Assembly (NCBI GenBank): GCA_951406725.2
Contig: OX597817.1
Location: 146,878,001-146,942,000, forward strand
Length of the DNA: 64,000 bases
Origin: Octopus vulgaris
Lineage: Eukaryota
Direction of reading: 5' to 3'
In this document: positions 31,274-44,163 of the stretch, piece after piece
Layout: each line of letters begins with the position of its first letter
Position numbering within the stretch: position 1 is the first letter of the stretch
The notes under the pieces: generated by a model
Database searches by the model: none
Told to the model about the DNA's origin: nothing
The model's input: only the letters and a program-made list of their open reading frames with translations
Translations under genes and position numbers: made by a program

Positions 31274-31827
31274 AATGCCCTGATGCAGTACCAGGCAGTG
31301 GCTCTCATGGCTTCTGATCTTAACTGATTGGAAGTGTTATCATGTACATTGTTTTGTCTTGGTATAAAAGATGGGCCACAGCAAATATTCTGCTCAATAC
31401 CACAGATTTGCTTGTCAGTTGTTTGACCTTAACCAGTTGAGCATGTCCCTTAGTGGCTGATTGATATGTGCATCTCTGATCACAAGCAGAAGTAGTGGGG
31501 GAGCATCATAGCCATGTGTTAAGGGGAATTCTTTGGGGTTTCAATAAATCACCTCTGGGAACACGGGTGTTTCGTTCAACATCCTTAAACAACCCTTATT
31601 CAGGGATCTTTTGAGCGGGATGGGCTACTCGACCTGAAGAAAATTCTAACTGGGCCCCACCTGTAAGGTCATGCGCTGTTTATCTTGATATGAGATCACC
31701 ATGTCGTGCACATATGGTTGTGATGCATGTACCTAGTGTACCCTTATCAGACAGGTTGTCATGATAGTTATACTGGGCTTCGTATATTTTACCCCAGTGT
31801 CACTTTGATGGCATGCACCGCCCTCTC

Positions 31828-31830
<3 letters not shown>
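31274..31830 (+). mobile_element. Non-coding retroposon 3' segment ending in (TAA)n; partial second copy at 32630-32792
   Basis: gtttatcttgatatgagatcaccatgtcg...cagtgtca.tttgatggcatgca...ctcaataataat is present twice and ends in TAA repeats both times. Confidence 0.65.
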
Positions 31831-31905
<75 letters not shown>

Positions 31906-31924
31906 GATAATAATAATAATGATA

Positions 31925-32630
31925 GCAATAGAAAGAGCACCAAGATTATACCTACATAGAAAGGAAGGTGGAAGGGAGTTAATATCTGTAGAAGACTGCG
32001 TGGAGTTATCTAGAGTAGATATAGATTCCTATGTAGGTAATAATGAAGAAAGTTTATTAAAAACTGCTAGTCACAGCAAGATATAGGGAAACCAAAAACC
32101 CAAGTGAAGTTAAGAACCAGAAAAAGAGAGTAGAAATTATGTGACTGGCAGGAGAAGGCGTTGCATGGTAGATTCCCAAAGATGGTTGCAGCAAATAATT
32201 GTAGTTAGACAAGGCTATGGTTGCAAAAAGGAAAGCTGAAAGAGGAGACAGAAAGTTTGTTCGTAGCTGCTGAAGATCAAGTATTAAGGAACAATTGGAT
32301 AAAAGTCAAGATAGACAAAAACCTAGATTCCTAATGTAGTTTATGCAAATCAAAAGAGGAAAACGTTACTCATATAGTAAGTGAATGTGGTATGATGGCA
32401 CAGAAAGAATACAAGAAAAGACATGACAACCTAGGGAGAGTAATCCACTGGGAGTTATGTAGAAAGCTAGGATTTGAACATACTGATAAATGGTATAAAC
32501 ATGGACCTAGTAAAGTACTAGAAAGTTAGAAATACAAGATGGTGTGGTACCTTAACATTCAAACTGACAGAGTAATAGAAACTAGAAGGTCTGATTTGGT
32601 AGTAGTAGGTAAAGAGAACAGAAAGGTCAA
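31925..32630 (+). mobile_element. Dong/R4-like LINE fragment (thumb, zinc knuckle, RLE)
   Basis: RLYLHRKEGGRELISVED...WQEKALHGRF...AAEDQ...CSLCKSKEENVTHIVSEC...YKKRHDNLGRVIHWELC...IQTDRVIETRRSDLVVV. Confidence 0.9.
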
Positions 32631-33766
32631 GCGTTGTTTATCTTGATATGAGATCACCATGTCGCGCACACATGGTTGTGATGCATGTACCTGGTGTAAC
32701 CTTATCAGACGGATAGTCATGTTGGGTATATTGGGTTTTATATATTTGTACTCCAGTGTCAATTTGATGGCATGCATTGCCTTCTCACTCAATAATAATA
32801 ATATTAATAATAATAATAACAACAATAATAATAATAATAATGATATGACTTTGATCCATCAGGTTTGACTTGAGGCTAAACAGCAATAAAAATGGCAAAA
32901 CTTTTGAAACCGAATAAAAAAGCTTAATATATAATGAGGCTCCGAAAGTGCAGAAAGATATGTTGATTTCATAATAAAAAATAAAAAAAAAGACATTATA
33001 GATAGCAACACAGCAATAAAAATAGCAATAAAAATCGATAAGTACGAACTTGGTTAGAAATAAAATTATATAAAACGTGAAAAAGAAGATTGAGTTTTCA
33101 TGGAACTGATTATGTCAAAACGTATACCCACCTGGGACTGATCAGCTTCGGCTTGAAAATAAGTGAAGGATTGATAGCAATGCAGAACCAGTGGTTTCCT
33201 CATACGTCACTAGATATCGCTATTATTGTCACATGGTGATAGCAGAATCGGTAGTGCTTCGAAAAGTGTGTGGCTGGCAGAACTTTCCTGAGAAGCCAAA
33301 GAAACATCCTCCTGTTTGTTAAAGTGAAACAAACAATATAGTCTACATAACTGTTATACTTTATGATATTTTATGCATAACATTAGGGTTAAACGGTTCG
33401 ATATTTTATACAGTATATTATTGAATTTTACGTTCTGAGTTCAAATCGTGTCGAGACTCTTCTGAGATCGATAAAATATTCAAGAACCAGTAATTAATAT
33501 CTATATTTATAAAAGGCAAGATGTGTTTGTGTCCGTGAATGTACTTTATGCACATCCACAAATTAGCACGCATGTCTTGGGGTTAGTTGCCTGCGCTCTT
33601 AACCACTACGCCAAAATAATAATAGTATCAAAACATACATGTCACAAATACACTTACACTCTGATAATCTCTTTTGATATATGACATATATATGTGTACA
33701 CATACACAAACACACACACACATATTTCTCTTTTATATATAACATATATGTGTACATACACACACG

Positions 33767-33828
<62 letters not shown>

Positions 33829-33904
33829 CATATATAAGAATTTTTTTTGCCTAATGAGATAAAAAGCCAAGACTGATTCGATATTAGAACATTTATAGAT
33901 AGAA

Positions 33905-33954
33905 TGTCTTACAGCTGTTTCCAGGATGTTTATTATATCCCTTCGTCGGAGACA
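33905..33954 (-). ncRNA. Hammerhead ribozyme, paralogue of 17793 (U4C substitution)
   Basis: Minus strand: tgtct CCGACGA agggatat-aataa-acatcctg GAAA cagctg TA agaca; stems I and III are identical to 17793 while the stem II loop differs. Confidence 0.75.
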
Positions 33955-34101
33955 GTGTGAGAGGATGGTTAAGTAATAATTAATTTAGATAGGATACAAA
34001 ATAGAGAGTGAGGTGGAGGAAAGAATATAGATGTAAGATATGTAGGGATATTGAATTTGTAGATCCATTTTTAAGGCAGAATGGTATATATGTAAGATAC
34101 C

Positions 34102-34146
<45 letters not shown>

Positions 34147-34234
34147 CACATATCTATGTATGTATATGATAGATCGGTAGCCACTACACACATTTTTTCT
34201 CTCCTTGTTTGTCCCCTTGTTTCTTTGTGAGTTC

Positions 34235-34270
34235 CTTTCTGTGGAAGAGCGTAGGCTCGAAACGTTAAAG
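34235..34270 (+). ncRNA. Minimal hammerhead-like motif (CUGUGGA) in cassette ~34172-34362
   Basis: cttt CTGTGGA a gagc-gtag-gctc GAAA cg TT aaag; the cassette ends caattctcccca followed by (TA)n. Confidence 0.55.
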
Positions 34271-34359
34271 ACATTTTCAACTCCCGAGTGTTATACTAAT
34301 ACATCTGTTTGTTTTCGACATCACCTGTCTTCATCTTTTGTTTTATTCGTCAATTCTCC

Positions 34360-34402
<43 letters not shown>

Positions 34403-34412
34403 CATGCATACA

Positions 34413-34462
<50 letters not shown>

Positions 34463-35643
34463 CATACACATATCTATACACGTATCTATACACTTCCATT
34501 TATACACATGAACTAATTCATAAACGCAAAACACGAATATATTTAGAAAGCAGTTTGAACAATAAAAGTTTGAAGAACGTTATACAAAAACAACAACAAC
34601 AACGGCAACAACAACAGCGACAACAGTAAACCCCACCACCACCACCACTACCACAACCACCACTACCACCACCACCACCACCACCACCACTAACAACAGC
34701 AACAGCACCAACAACAACAAGACATTTACAAATAAAGGCAAGCAAATAACCACATAGACATGCACTTAAACACATGCATTTGGCGAAAACGCAGTTATTT
34801 TTTTCTTCTTCTTCTGCTGCTGCTCCTCTTCCTGGTGTTCACCTAGACACCATACGAAGGCAGGTAGACAGTTGTTTGAGCAAGTCCTCTTAATTGTCAC
34901 CCTTCTCGACGCACTGGAACGCACTAATGCCCTGATTATCTCAAAGCACGTGCCGCTCTGCTTCGCCAGGCTGTTTGTCTGCTCAGTGTATAGAAAGCTA
35001 ATTTCTTTAGCGCCGCCGCCGTATTACATATTATATATCATATTGTATGTATGTATGTATGCATGTGTGTATGTGCATGTGCATATGTATGTGCATATGT
35101 ATGTATGCATTTGTATACACATGCTTATATGTATATACATATATACCTGCATATTCTCTTGATAACACATTATGCATGTATATACACTTGCATACCTGCA
35201 TATACATGCATATATATATATTTGTATGTATATATATATGTGTGTTTATATATATATATATGTATATACATACATATATATATATAAATATATATATACA
35301 TATGTATATATACATACATGTATATATCTGTATATATATACATACACACATATATGTGTGTATACACACACACGCACACATATATTTGCATGTTTTTATA
35401 TTTTTGCATACGTCTGTATGTATGCATGCATTTGCATACACATGCTTATATGTATATACATATATATATCTGCATATGCTCTTGATAACATATTATGCAT
35501 GTATATACACTTGCATACCTGCATATACATGCATATATATATATACACAATTGCAGCGTGCAAGGTGTTTGTAAGCCATTGTTTTCGTTTCAGCACACGA
35601 TCTCAGATAAAATCACTTGCTATGCAGGTACATCTCCGTAATA

Positions 35644-35697
<54 letters not shown>

Positions 35698-36281
35698 CAT
35701 ATGTGTGTATACACACACACACACACACACGTATATTTGCATACGTCTGTGTCTTTTTTTGGGGGTTTTTTGCGCGTGTTTGGGCGCACGTGCGTCTTTT
35801 TGTGTGTAGTTTCTATTAAAAGGTTCATTTCTGTGTAATTCTGTTTATATGATTTGAAACGAATAAAGAAGGTATCGCAGTTTAAGTCTCAGAATCTTTT
35901 TCTTCCACAACCAACATCCATTCACCCCCACCGCCCACCACTACCACCAGCACTATCATCACCACCATCGCTGTTGCCGTCACCGCCACCGTTAACATAA
36001 CCACATTCACCACTGCCACCGCCGCCGCTGTGTGTGCACAGTCAACTACACTCCAATCTCAAGAAACAAAAAACTAAAAAACAGACAACCTCAAACATTG
36101 CATTCACAGAACGCTCAGCAAAACTAAAACTCAACATTTAACCACGACACAAGGAAATTGGCAATAAATAAAAAACAAAAACAGGTAAACAAATATACCA
36201 TTGATAAGCAGAAAATTGGCAAACATTTGTATCGTGTGTAAACCAGAAAATATAACAGTAAAACACAATATGCTGTAATTA

Positions 36282-36652
36282 GCAGCGCGTGGCTTAGTGA
36301 TTAGGGGCATTCCGCTTACGACCATAAAAGTCGTGTGTTCGATTCCTTGTGTTGCGTTGTGTCCTTGGGCAAGACACTTTGTTTCACGTGGTTCCAATCC
36401 ACTCAACAGGCAAAAATGAGTCGTATCTGTAATTACAAAGGGCCAGCCGTGTCACATTCGGTAATGAGTTGTACCTGTAATTTAAAAAGGGCCAGCAGTG
36501 TCACATTTGGTGTGTCATATTGAATCCCCCCGAGGACTACATTGAGGCTGCGCGTGTCTGTGGAGAGCGCAGCCCCTTGGATGTTAATTTCACGAGCAGG
36601 CTGTTCCGTTGATCGTATCAGTTGGAACACTCGTCGTCGTAACCGACGGAGT
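36282..36652 (+). mobile_element. SINE related to family B
   Basis: tRNA-like head gcagcgcgtggcttagtgattagg...gttcgattcc and the family B tail gttaatttcacgagcaggctgttccgttgatcg...gtcgtaaccgacgga. Confidence 0.8.
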
Positions 36653-37918
36653 ACCCAACCGGCAACAACAACAAAAACAAGATCAATGACATGTCACAAC
36701 AGCAACTTCAAATATCATAGCGCCAAACAAACTATTCCCTTGGATAGTTCTCGAAAATCATGTCATAACAAACGACTCATGCAAGACAGAAACAAGGTGG
36801 TGAGCTGGCAGTATCGGACAAAATGGTTTGCAACATTTCATCCGGCTCTTTTTATTAGGAGTTCAAATTCCGCTGAGATTAACTATGCTTTTCATCCCTT
36901 GAAGGTCGATAAAATAAAGTGTCTGGCAAGGTTGATGAAATCGACTTGCCCCAGCCCCCTAAAACCTCCGGTCTTGAACCCTGCAGCGGACCAGCGTCCC
37001 ATTGAGTGGGATTGTGTAACCGCGGACATTTATACACATTGGAAATCGTGTAACTGGCCGTATGAGTTCTAGGATTCGAGTAAAAAACAAAATATAAAAA
37101 TAAAATAACAAGGCAGGAACAGGAAATGAAAGGTACATACATGCCTTCCGCACCGATCCTTCCATTTGGCGCACTGAAAAACAATAGAGGAAATTCTAAA
37201 AACCGAAAAAAACCCCCTCAGAGCTAAACAGAATCACAAACACATATATAACACGGCTAGGACTCAAAAGAATCATTGCATTCACCACTGACGTCTACAT
37301 CTGTTCGTAGCAATACTGTCGGATTCCCAGAATCTAGAAAACTGGAAAAATTACTGCAATCCAAAAGATGAGAGTCGGAGAAAATCCTAATTGAAGTAGC
37401 ATCATACACACCCATTACCTTCCAGTCATCATCATCATCCTCCTCATCATCATCATCTTGTCGTCGTCGTCCTCATCAACCCATTGGGCATTAACGTCTC
37501 TAGTCCTAAGACGCATTAGGTTCGGTTAACCGTGTTCATGGAATACAAGTGACCGGGATCACGAGATTACAACATCCCCTCTGAACGGAATCCTTGTTCA
37601 TCCCAGGAATACAGTGCATCGCCCGTTCTGATCGACAGTACAGCACCCTGTGCCTTTGTCTTCCGATGCATGTCACAAATTTAGAAGGTACGATGGTTTA
37701 ATACCAATAATCCATTAATCCATCTCTCCAAATCAGACAGAGAACCATATCCAATCACCATGCTACCCACATGCTACCTAATGCATATCTATGATAGCCA
37801 AAAACAATAAAAACAAGACTCTCAATCGTACCATTCCCACAACCATAGATATCAGCACTTTCCAGTATTATTCTCCACTTTCCACTTATACTAAAACATT
37901 CAATACTGTTGTGGCACT

Positions 37919-38260
37919 CTGACGACGAGGGTTCCAGTTGATCCGATCAACGGAACAGCCTGCTCATGAAATTAACGTGCAAGTGGCTGAGCACTCCACA
38001 GATACATGTACCCTTAACATAGTTCTCGGAGAGATTCAGCGTGACACAGAGTGTGACAAGGCTGGCCCTTTGAAATACGGGTACAACAGAAACAGGAAGG
38101 AATCATGAGAGAAAGTTGTGGTGGAAGAGTACATCAGAGTTCGCCACCAGCCCGTTGTCGGAGCCTCAATAAGCACTCACAATGCACGGTCTGGGAATCG
38201 AAACCCCGATTCTATCATTTCGAGTCCGCTGGCCGAAACACTGGGCCATTACGCCTCCAC
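37919..38260 (-). mobile_element. SINE family B
   Basis: Reverse complement of 7912-8280. Confidence 0.88.
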
Positions 38261-38356
38261 ATTCAACACTACATTAAGGGAAAAACACAAAATGCACCCA
38301 GGTGAATGGATGTTATAGCAACGCAACGATATTAAAGCAACGATATTAAAGCAAAA

Positions 38357-38534
38357 AGGCGGCGAGCTGGCAGAATCGTTACATCGACCCCAGTGTGTAA
38401 CTGGTACTTAATTTATCGACCCCGAAAAGATGAAAGGCGAAGTCGACCTCGGCGGAATTTGAACTCAGAACGTAACGGCAGACGAAATACGGCTACGCAT
38501 TTCGCCCGGCGTGCTAACGTTTCTGCCAGCTCGC
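38357..38534. mobile_element. SINE family A: + strand head joined to an inverted (- strand) copy
   Basis: aggcggcgagctggcagaatcgtta is fused directly to the reverse-complement body ending taacgtttctgccagctcgc. Confidence 0.85.
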
Positions 38535-39096
38535 TACGGTAAAATGGAAGACATGGATTTGGCATTGGCATTACTTTAAGTCTGTTATCGTGGAGCAAAA
38601 TTTTTAGGTGTCTTAATCTTTTTGTTACCCTATTTCTGCTGGAACTCGGTTTGTGTGGATGGATGGAGTGAGGAAAGCTTTGGTGGTTAGAGGTGTTGGA
38701 GTGAGAGAGGCAAGAGAGTTTATAAGTAATAGGAAAGCTTGGAGAGTGTTTGTGGACGGATGAGTGAATTTGATGTTGCTCAAAGGGGTACGGAGCCAGC
38801 ATGATGAGGCGGGGGTAAACCAGCATATGCAGATATGCTGATATTGGGGGTTGCGTTCTATGCCTTGACCCAAGCATAGAATGGGGCTCGTCCTTTGAAT
38901 TGGGAAATGAGTGGAATGCTTGGTGTTTGTCTTGTTGTGGCTACCCCTCCTAAAAAAATGGGGAATAGGTATATAAAAAAATTATTTCTGTTGGAATTTA
39001 ATACAGTTGCTGCAATTAATTTAGAGAATAATAAATAATTTCATTTTTGGACTTGATTTGCAAGATTCTTTATGTGAGTTCGTGTGTCGAAGCATA

Positions 39097-39368
39097 TTCT
39101 GTTGTGTCTAGGGAAAGTCATTCTCTTTTAGTGCCTTATTATTTAACACACTCACCGGTAAAATTTCCACTCATTCACTTATTTATTTTAAAAAAAACTT
39201 TCGTTGCGTCTAGCAACCTTTTCAATAGTTGTCAACAACTATTGAAAAGGTTGCAAGACGCAACGAAAGTTTTAGAAAAGTAAGAAGAAAAGGAGTGGAA
39301 ATTTTACCGGTGAGTGTGTTAAATTATCAGGCACTAAAAGAGAATGACTCTCCCCAGACACAACAGAA
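39097..39368. mobile_element. Inverted-repeat cassette (~135 bp arms) with an HHR-like motif starting at the symmetry centre
   Basis: Centre ~39233; the right arm reads cta TTGAAAA g gttgc-aagac-gcaac GAAA gt TT tag (39239-39275). Confidence 0.75.
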
Positions 39369-39479
39369 CAAATAATTTATACTTTTATTATTCGGAAACT
39401 GTTTGGGACATAATATGTAATTTTGATAGGTTTTCTTCTTACACACGTCTTACATACAGACATATGTATGAACCTTTTT

Positions 39480-39513
<34 letters not shown>

Positions 39514-39776
39514 AGCGTGTATGCGAATGTGCGGATGAGCATGTGTGTGTTTCAAGTGAGGGTGGATGAGTATATACTTAAAGGCGCTTGTACGTGGGTG
39601 TTCGGGCGCGCATGTGTAGGTAAGGACATGCGCGCTTACACGAATACTATGAATATTTTTACTCCCTCCCCTCACTTAGCGCTCATTCTAATAGCTCTTT
39701 TGTCTTAATAACGGTCAATCACATAGTAATTTCCCTTTGTTTAATGTTCATTTTGATAGCATTTTTTTGATGGCCG

Positions 39777-39823
39777 GATAACTGAAGAGATACCCCCCGA
39801 TACCCGAAACTCAGAGTTTTATC
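39777..39823 (+). ncRNA. Hammerhead motif of the 7267 family (stem II damaged)
   Basis: gataa CTGAAGA gataccccccgataccc GAAA ctcagag TT ttatc; the shared tail runs to 39917 and is followed by (TA)n. Confidence 0.65.
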
Positions 39824-39915
39824 ATGGCTACCGAATAATTGTCACATATAATACTTACAGATAAATTCCTCTATTAACATAATATCGAGGTCTCTTTCAT
39901 TCTTTTGTTGTCTAT

Positions 39916-39965
<50 letters not shown>

Positions 39966-40129
39966 GCGGTTGTGAGTGAGTGGCAAATCTTTATTGTGAT
40001 AGGAGTAATAAATCATAGTGGTTGTTTGGATGTATAATGTATATCGTATTGTGTATATTCTGGTGGGTGTATATTGTGGAAGTTACATATTCTAGTGAGT
40101 GCATTCTGTGACTGTTATATATACATATT

Positions 40130-40164
<35 letters not shown>

Positions 40165-40539
40165 TTGAGATGGTTGTTAGTAAGTGCTAAATGTTTTTTT
40201 TCATGTCGTGTGTGTATATTGTGACGGGTATATATTATGGTGATTGTTAGCGAGGTAATTGAAGTGATGTAGAACAAGTAACACACAACGCGGAACGCAA
40301 TTACACCTCCATCAACACCTCCAACACGAAAATGATGATAATAACAACTGCAACAACATCAATAACAGAAAGAAAAACTAGTAACGGCGGCGGCAGTAGG
40401 AGCTTGACGAAAAGAAGGAAAAAAACACAAAATAAAGGGAATTAACGAATTACAAGATGATACAGGGAAACAAAACAAAAAAGTCTAACAGAAAAAAAGA
40501 TAAAAGTTGTCAAGCAGAAAGAAATAAGCAGAATATCCT

Positions 40540-41043
40540 TATTCTTTTATTCTTTCATTTGTCTCAGTCATTTGATTGCGGGCCATGCTGGAGCACCGCC
40601 TTTTAGTCGAGCGAATCGACCCCCCACCACCAGGACTTATTTTTGTAAGCCTAGTACTTATTCTATCGATTTCTTGTTGCCAAATTGCTAATGTCACCGG
40701 GACGTAAACACACCAGCATCGATTGTCAAGCGATGGTGGTGGTGGTGGTGGGGGACAAACACAGACACACAAACATATACACACATAGATACATACACAC
40801 ACACACACATATATATATTTTTCTTTTTCTTTCTTTTTTTCAGTTTTTTGTTGCGGCCATGCTGGAGCACCGCCTTTAGTCGAGCAAATCGACCCTAGGA
40901 CTTATTCCTTGTAAGCCTAGTAGTTATTCTATCGGTCTCTCTTGCCGAACCGCTGAGTGATGGGGACGTAAACACACCAGCATCCGTTGTCAAGCGATGT
41001 TGGGGGTGGGCGGACACAGACACACAAACATATACATACACAC

Positions 41044-41082
<39 letters not shown>

Positions 41083-41213
41083 CGACTACCAAATCCAATC
41101 ACAAGGCTTTGGTCGGCTCGAGGCTAGAGTAAAAAACACTTGCCCAAGGTGCCACGCAGTGGAACTGAACCCGGAACCATGTGGATGGTAAGCATGCTAC
41201 TTACCACACAGCC
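40540..41213 (-). mobile_element. Two adjacent SINE family C copies (40540-40790 partial; 40845-41213 near full)
   Basis: Reverse complements of the family C tail and head. Confidence 0.88.
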
Positions 41214-41339
41214 ATCTTTTATTTCATTATATATATATATAATACATACATGCACACTTACATACATGCATACATACATACATACATACATACATACATA
41301 CATACATACATACATACATACATACATACATACATACAC

Positions 41340-41371
<32 letters not shown>

Positions 41372-42309
41372 GCTATTGTGGTGTATGCATGTATAGACGT
41401 ACGTACGTACGCATACATGCATGTATATGTACTTACACATACGTAAATATATATATGTATATAACATGTATATCTTAGACGTTTTATAGCTATCTATATG
41501 AGTATGACTGTATATGTATATATAGCTTATATATATATATATAGATGTGCATATCCATTACATAGCTACATGTATGTATACATATAAACGCGTACACACT
41601 CGCACGCACATACACAGGTATGTGTGTGTGAGTTCTAATATAACTGTATATATAAACGTATATATACACACATACACCCACCCATATATATATACACCCA
41701 CCCATATATATATATATATATATATATGTGGTGTGTGTGTGTGTATAAATGTACACCCGTACATATACAAACGCATATATTTTTAAAATGGAATGCTTCC
41801 TTTAAAATTGCCATCTTCAGTTTCAATATTGTCTTCGACATGTTATTTTCGTCAATGAAAAATGCGCGATCACATCACGACATTGAAACATTTCTGAACC
41901 GAAAAAACCCCCACAAAAACTAAAATGAAAAATAAACACAATTAAAAAACAAAACAAAAAGATAAGGACAAACAAATGATAAACTGGGAATTTGTCACGT
42001 GACTGCAGCCCCAACTACAGTCCCAGCTCCATTCTCTTTGTTTTATGGAGTTACTATGTGTTGTTTTAATGAATTTGCTGCACATGTAAACAAATTATGA
42101 ACGAAACGGGAGAAAATGGCCGCTACATATAGTCACATGACTGTGTGTATGTGAGTGTGCGCGTGACGCGTGTGTGAGTGAGTATATGCATATATCTTTG
42201 TATACACTTAAGCATATTTTACCAAACATACATATATATACATGGGCGTATACATATACATATAGATATGTGTGTATATCTGTATATTGATGTATGTATA
42301 TATATGTGT

Positions 42310-42462
42310 AGATCACTAGCTACTACACACATTTATTTTCTCTCCTTGTTTCTTTCTGTGTTCCTTTCTGTGAAAGAGCGTAGGCTCGAAACGTTATACA
42401 AATACATCTGTTTGTTTTCTACACCACCTGTCTTCGTCTTTTGTTTTTTTCGTCAATTCTCC
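42310..42462 (+). mobile_element. Third copy of the gagc-gtag-gctc HHR-like cassette
   Basis: tagctactacacacattt...cctttctgtgaaagagcgtaggctcgaaacgtt...cgtcaattctccc is homologous to 34172-34362. Confidence 0.75.
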
Positions 42463-42501
<39 letters not shown>

Positions 42502-42502
<1 letters not shown>

Positions 42503-42806
42503 CACCGTCACCGTCACCGACCAGGCTATCAGATGTTGCTATGCATCGCTGATCACAATGCGCTTCGCATTGTTTTAGCCTCCAAATGACGTCACCCCGC
42601 TGGCTAAGCGAGCAGGCTAACAGAAGAAAGAGTGAGAGAAAGTTGTGATGAAAGAATACAGCAGGGATCACTACCACCCCCTGCCGGAGCGTTGTGGAGC
42701 TTTAGGTGTTTTCGCTCAATAAACACTCACAACGCCCGGTCTGGGAATCGAAACCGCGATCCTACAACCGCGAGTCTGCTGCCCTAACCACTGGGCCATT
42801 GCGCCT

Positions 42807-42809
<3 letters not shown>
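42502..42809 (-). mobile_element. SINE with a family B head and a different 3' tail
   Basis: The head is near-identical to 7912 on the minus strand; the 3' part (gatagcctggtcggtgacggtgacggtga) differs from the 7912 tail. Confidence 0.82.
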
Positions 42810-42855
<46 letters not shown>

Positions 42856-42859
<4 letters not shown>

Positions 42860-43095
42860 AAATAATAGGTTACATTTACTCAATAGTCAAGATAAAACTC
42901 AGAGTTTCAGATGCCGAAGTGGAAATCCACAACACCATCTCTTCGGTTATCTGGCCATGGATTTCCACTTCGGCATCTGAAACTCAGAGTTTTATCTTGA
43001 CTATTGAGTAAATGTAACATTATTTTATAAATAAATTTTCTCTATTTACATAATATTGAGGTCTCTTTCTTTCTTTTGTTATCTTACCGTTTTTG

Positions 43096-43098
<3 letters not shown>
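42856..43098. mobile_element. Inverted pair of 7267-family cassettes; HHR at 42891-42951 (-)
   Basis: Arms 42856-42929 and 42958-43029 are reverse complements. Minus strand: gataa CCGAAGA gatg...gtgga-tt-tccac...catc t GAAA ctctgag TT ttatc. The right end abuts (TA)n. Confidence 0.8.
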
Positions 43099-43149
<51 letters not shown>

Positions 43150-43459
43150 CTCTTTGTCTGTCTTTGTTTGTCTCTCTGTGTTTAGCCCCCTGTGGGCAAG
43201 AAATAAATAAATATTTATGCCGGTTCGCGTACCCATACTGGTTTGCTGTTTTTCGTGTGAGGCCAGCGATAGAATGTGTGTTTTTAGTTGGATTTTGTTT
43301 TGCACAAAAGAAACTTGAATGATGTCTGATGAAAGATAACTGCGGTTCTTCTGTGCTTGAATTATATGTAATTAAAATTGGTATCCATTCTTCATATACA
43401 TGTAGACACACACACACACACACGCGCGCGCGCACACACACACAACGCACGCATATGTG

Positions 43460-43544
<85 letters not shown>

Positions 43545-43679
43545 AATACATATATATATATATACATACATATATACTTTGATACTTTGATACTTTGATA
43601 GGTTTCGGCCATTATTGGCCCAGGCCATGTCTAACTTAATAGCACCACCTGGTGCTATTACATACACACATATATATAT

Positions 43680-43900
43680 TCTTTTATTCTTTTATTTGTT
43701 TCAGTGATTTCACTGCAGCCATGCTGGAGTACCGCCTTTAGTCGAGCAAATCGACCCTAGGACTTATTCTTTGTAAGCCTAGTACTTATTCTAACGGCCT
43801 GTTTTGCCGAACGGCTAAGTTACGGGGACGTAAACACACCAACCTCACTTGTCAAGCGATCGTGGTGGGGGCAAACACTGACACACACCCAAACCCCCCT

Positions 43901-43941
<41 letters not shown>

Positions 43942-44086
43942 GACAGGCTTCTTTCAGTTTCCCTCTTCCAAATCAACTCACAAGGCTTTGGTCGGCCTGA
44001 GAATATAGTAGAAGATACTTACCCAAGGTGCCACGTAGTAGGATTGGACCCGGAACCATGTAGTTGGTAAGCAAGCTACTTACCCT
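43680..44086 (-). mobile_element. SINE family C
   Basis: Reverse complement of the family C sequence with internal (TA)n. Confidence 0.88.
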
Positions 44087-44112
44087 ATACATATACATAC
44101 ATATCATATCAT

Positions 44113-44163
<51 letters not shown>

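Noticed and set aside
35100-35760. Local duplications of ~120 bp and ~60 bp in TA/CA-rich DNA
   Set aside because: They are real but low-complexity, slippage-type duplications with no further structure.
38536-38880. ORF 38413..38877 as a gene
   Set aside because: Its end runs into a SINE and it has no recognisable motif. It may be a PLE N-terminal remnant downstream of the 39097 cassette, but I cannot support that.
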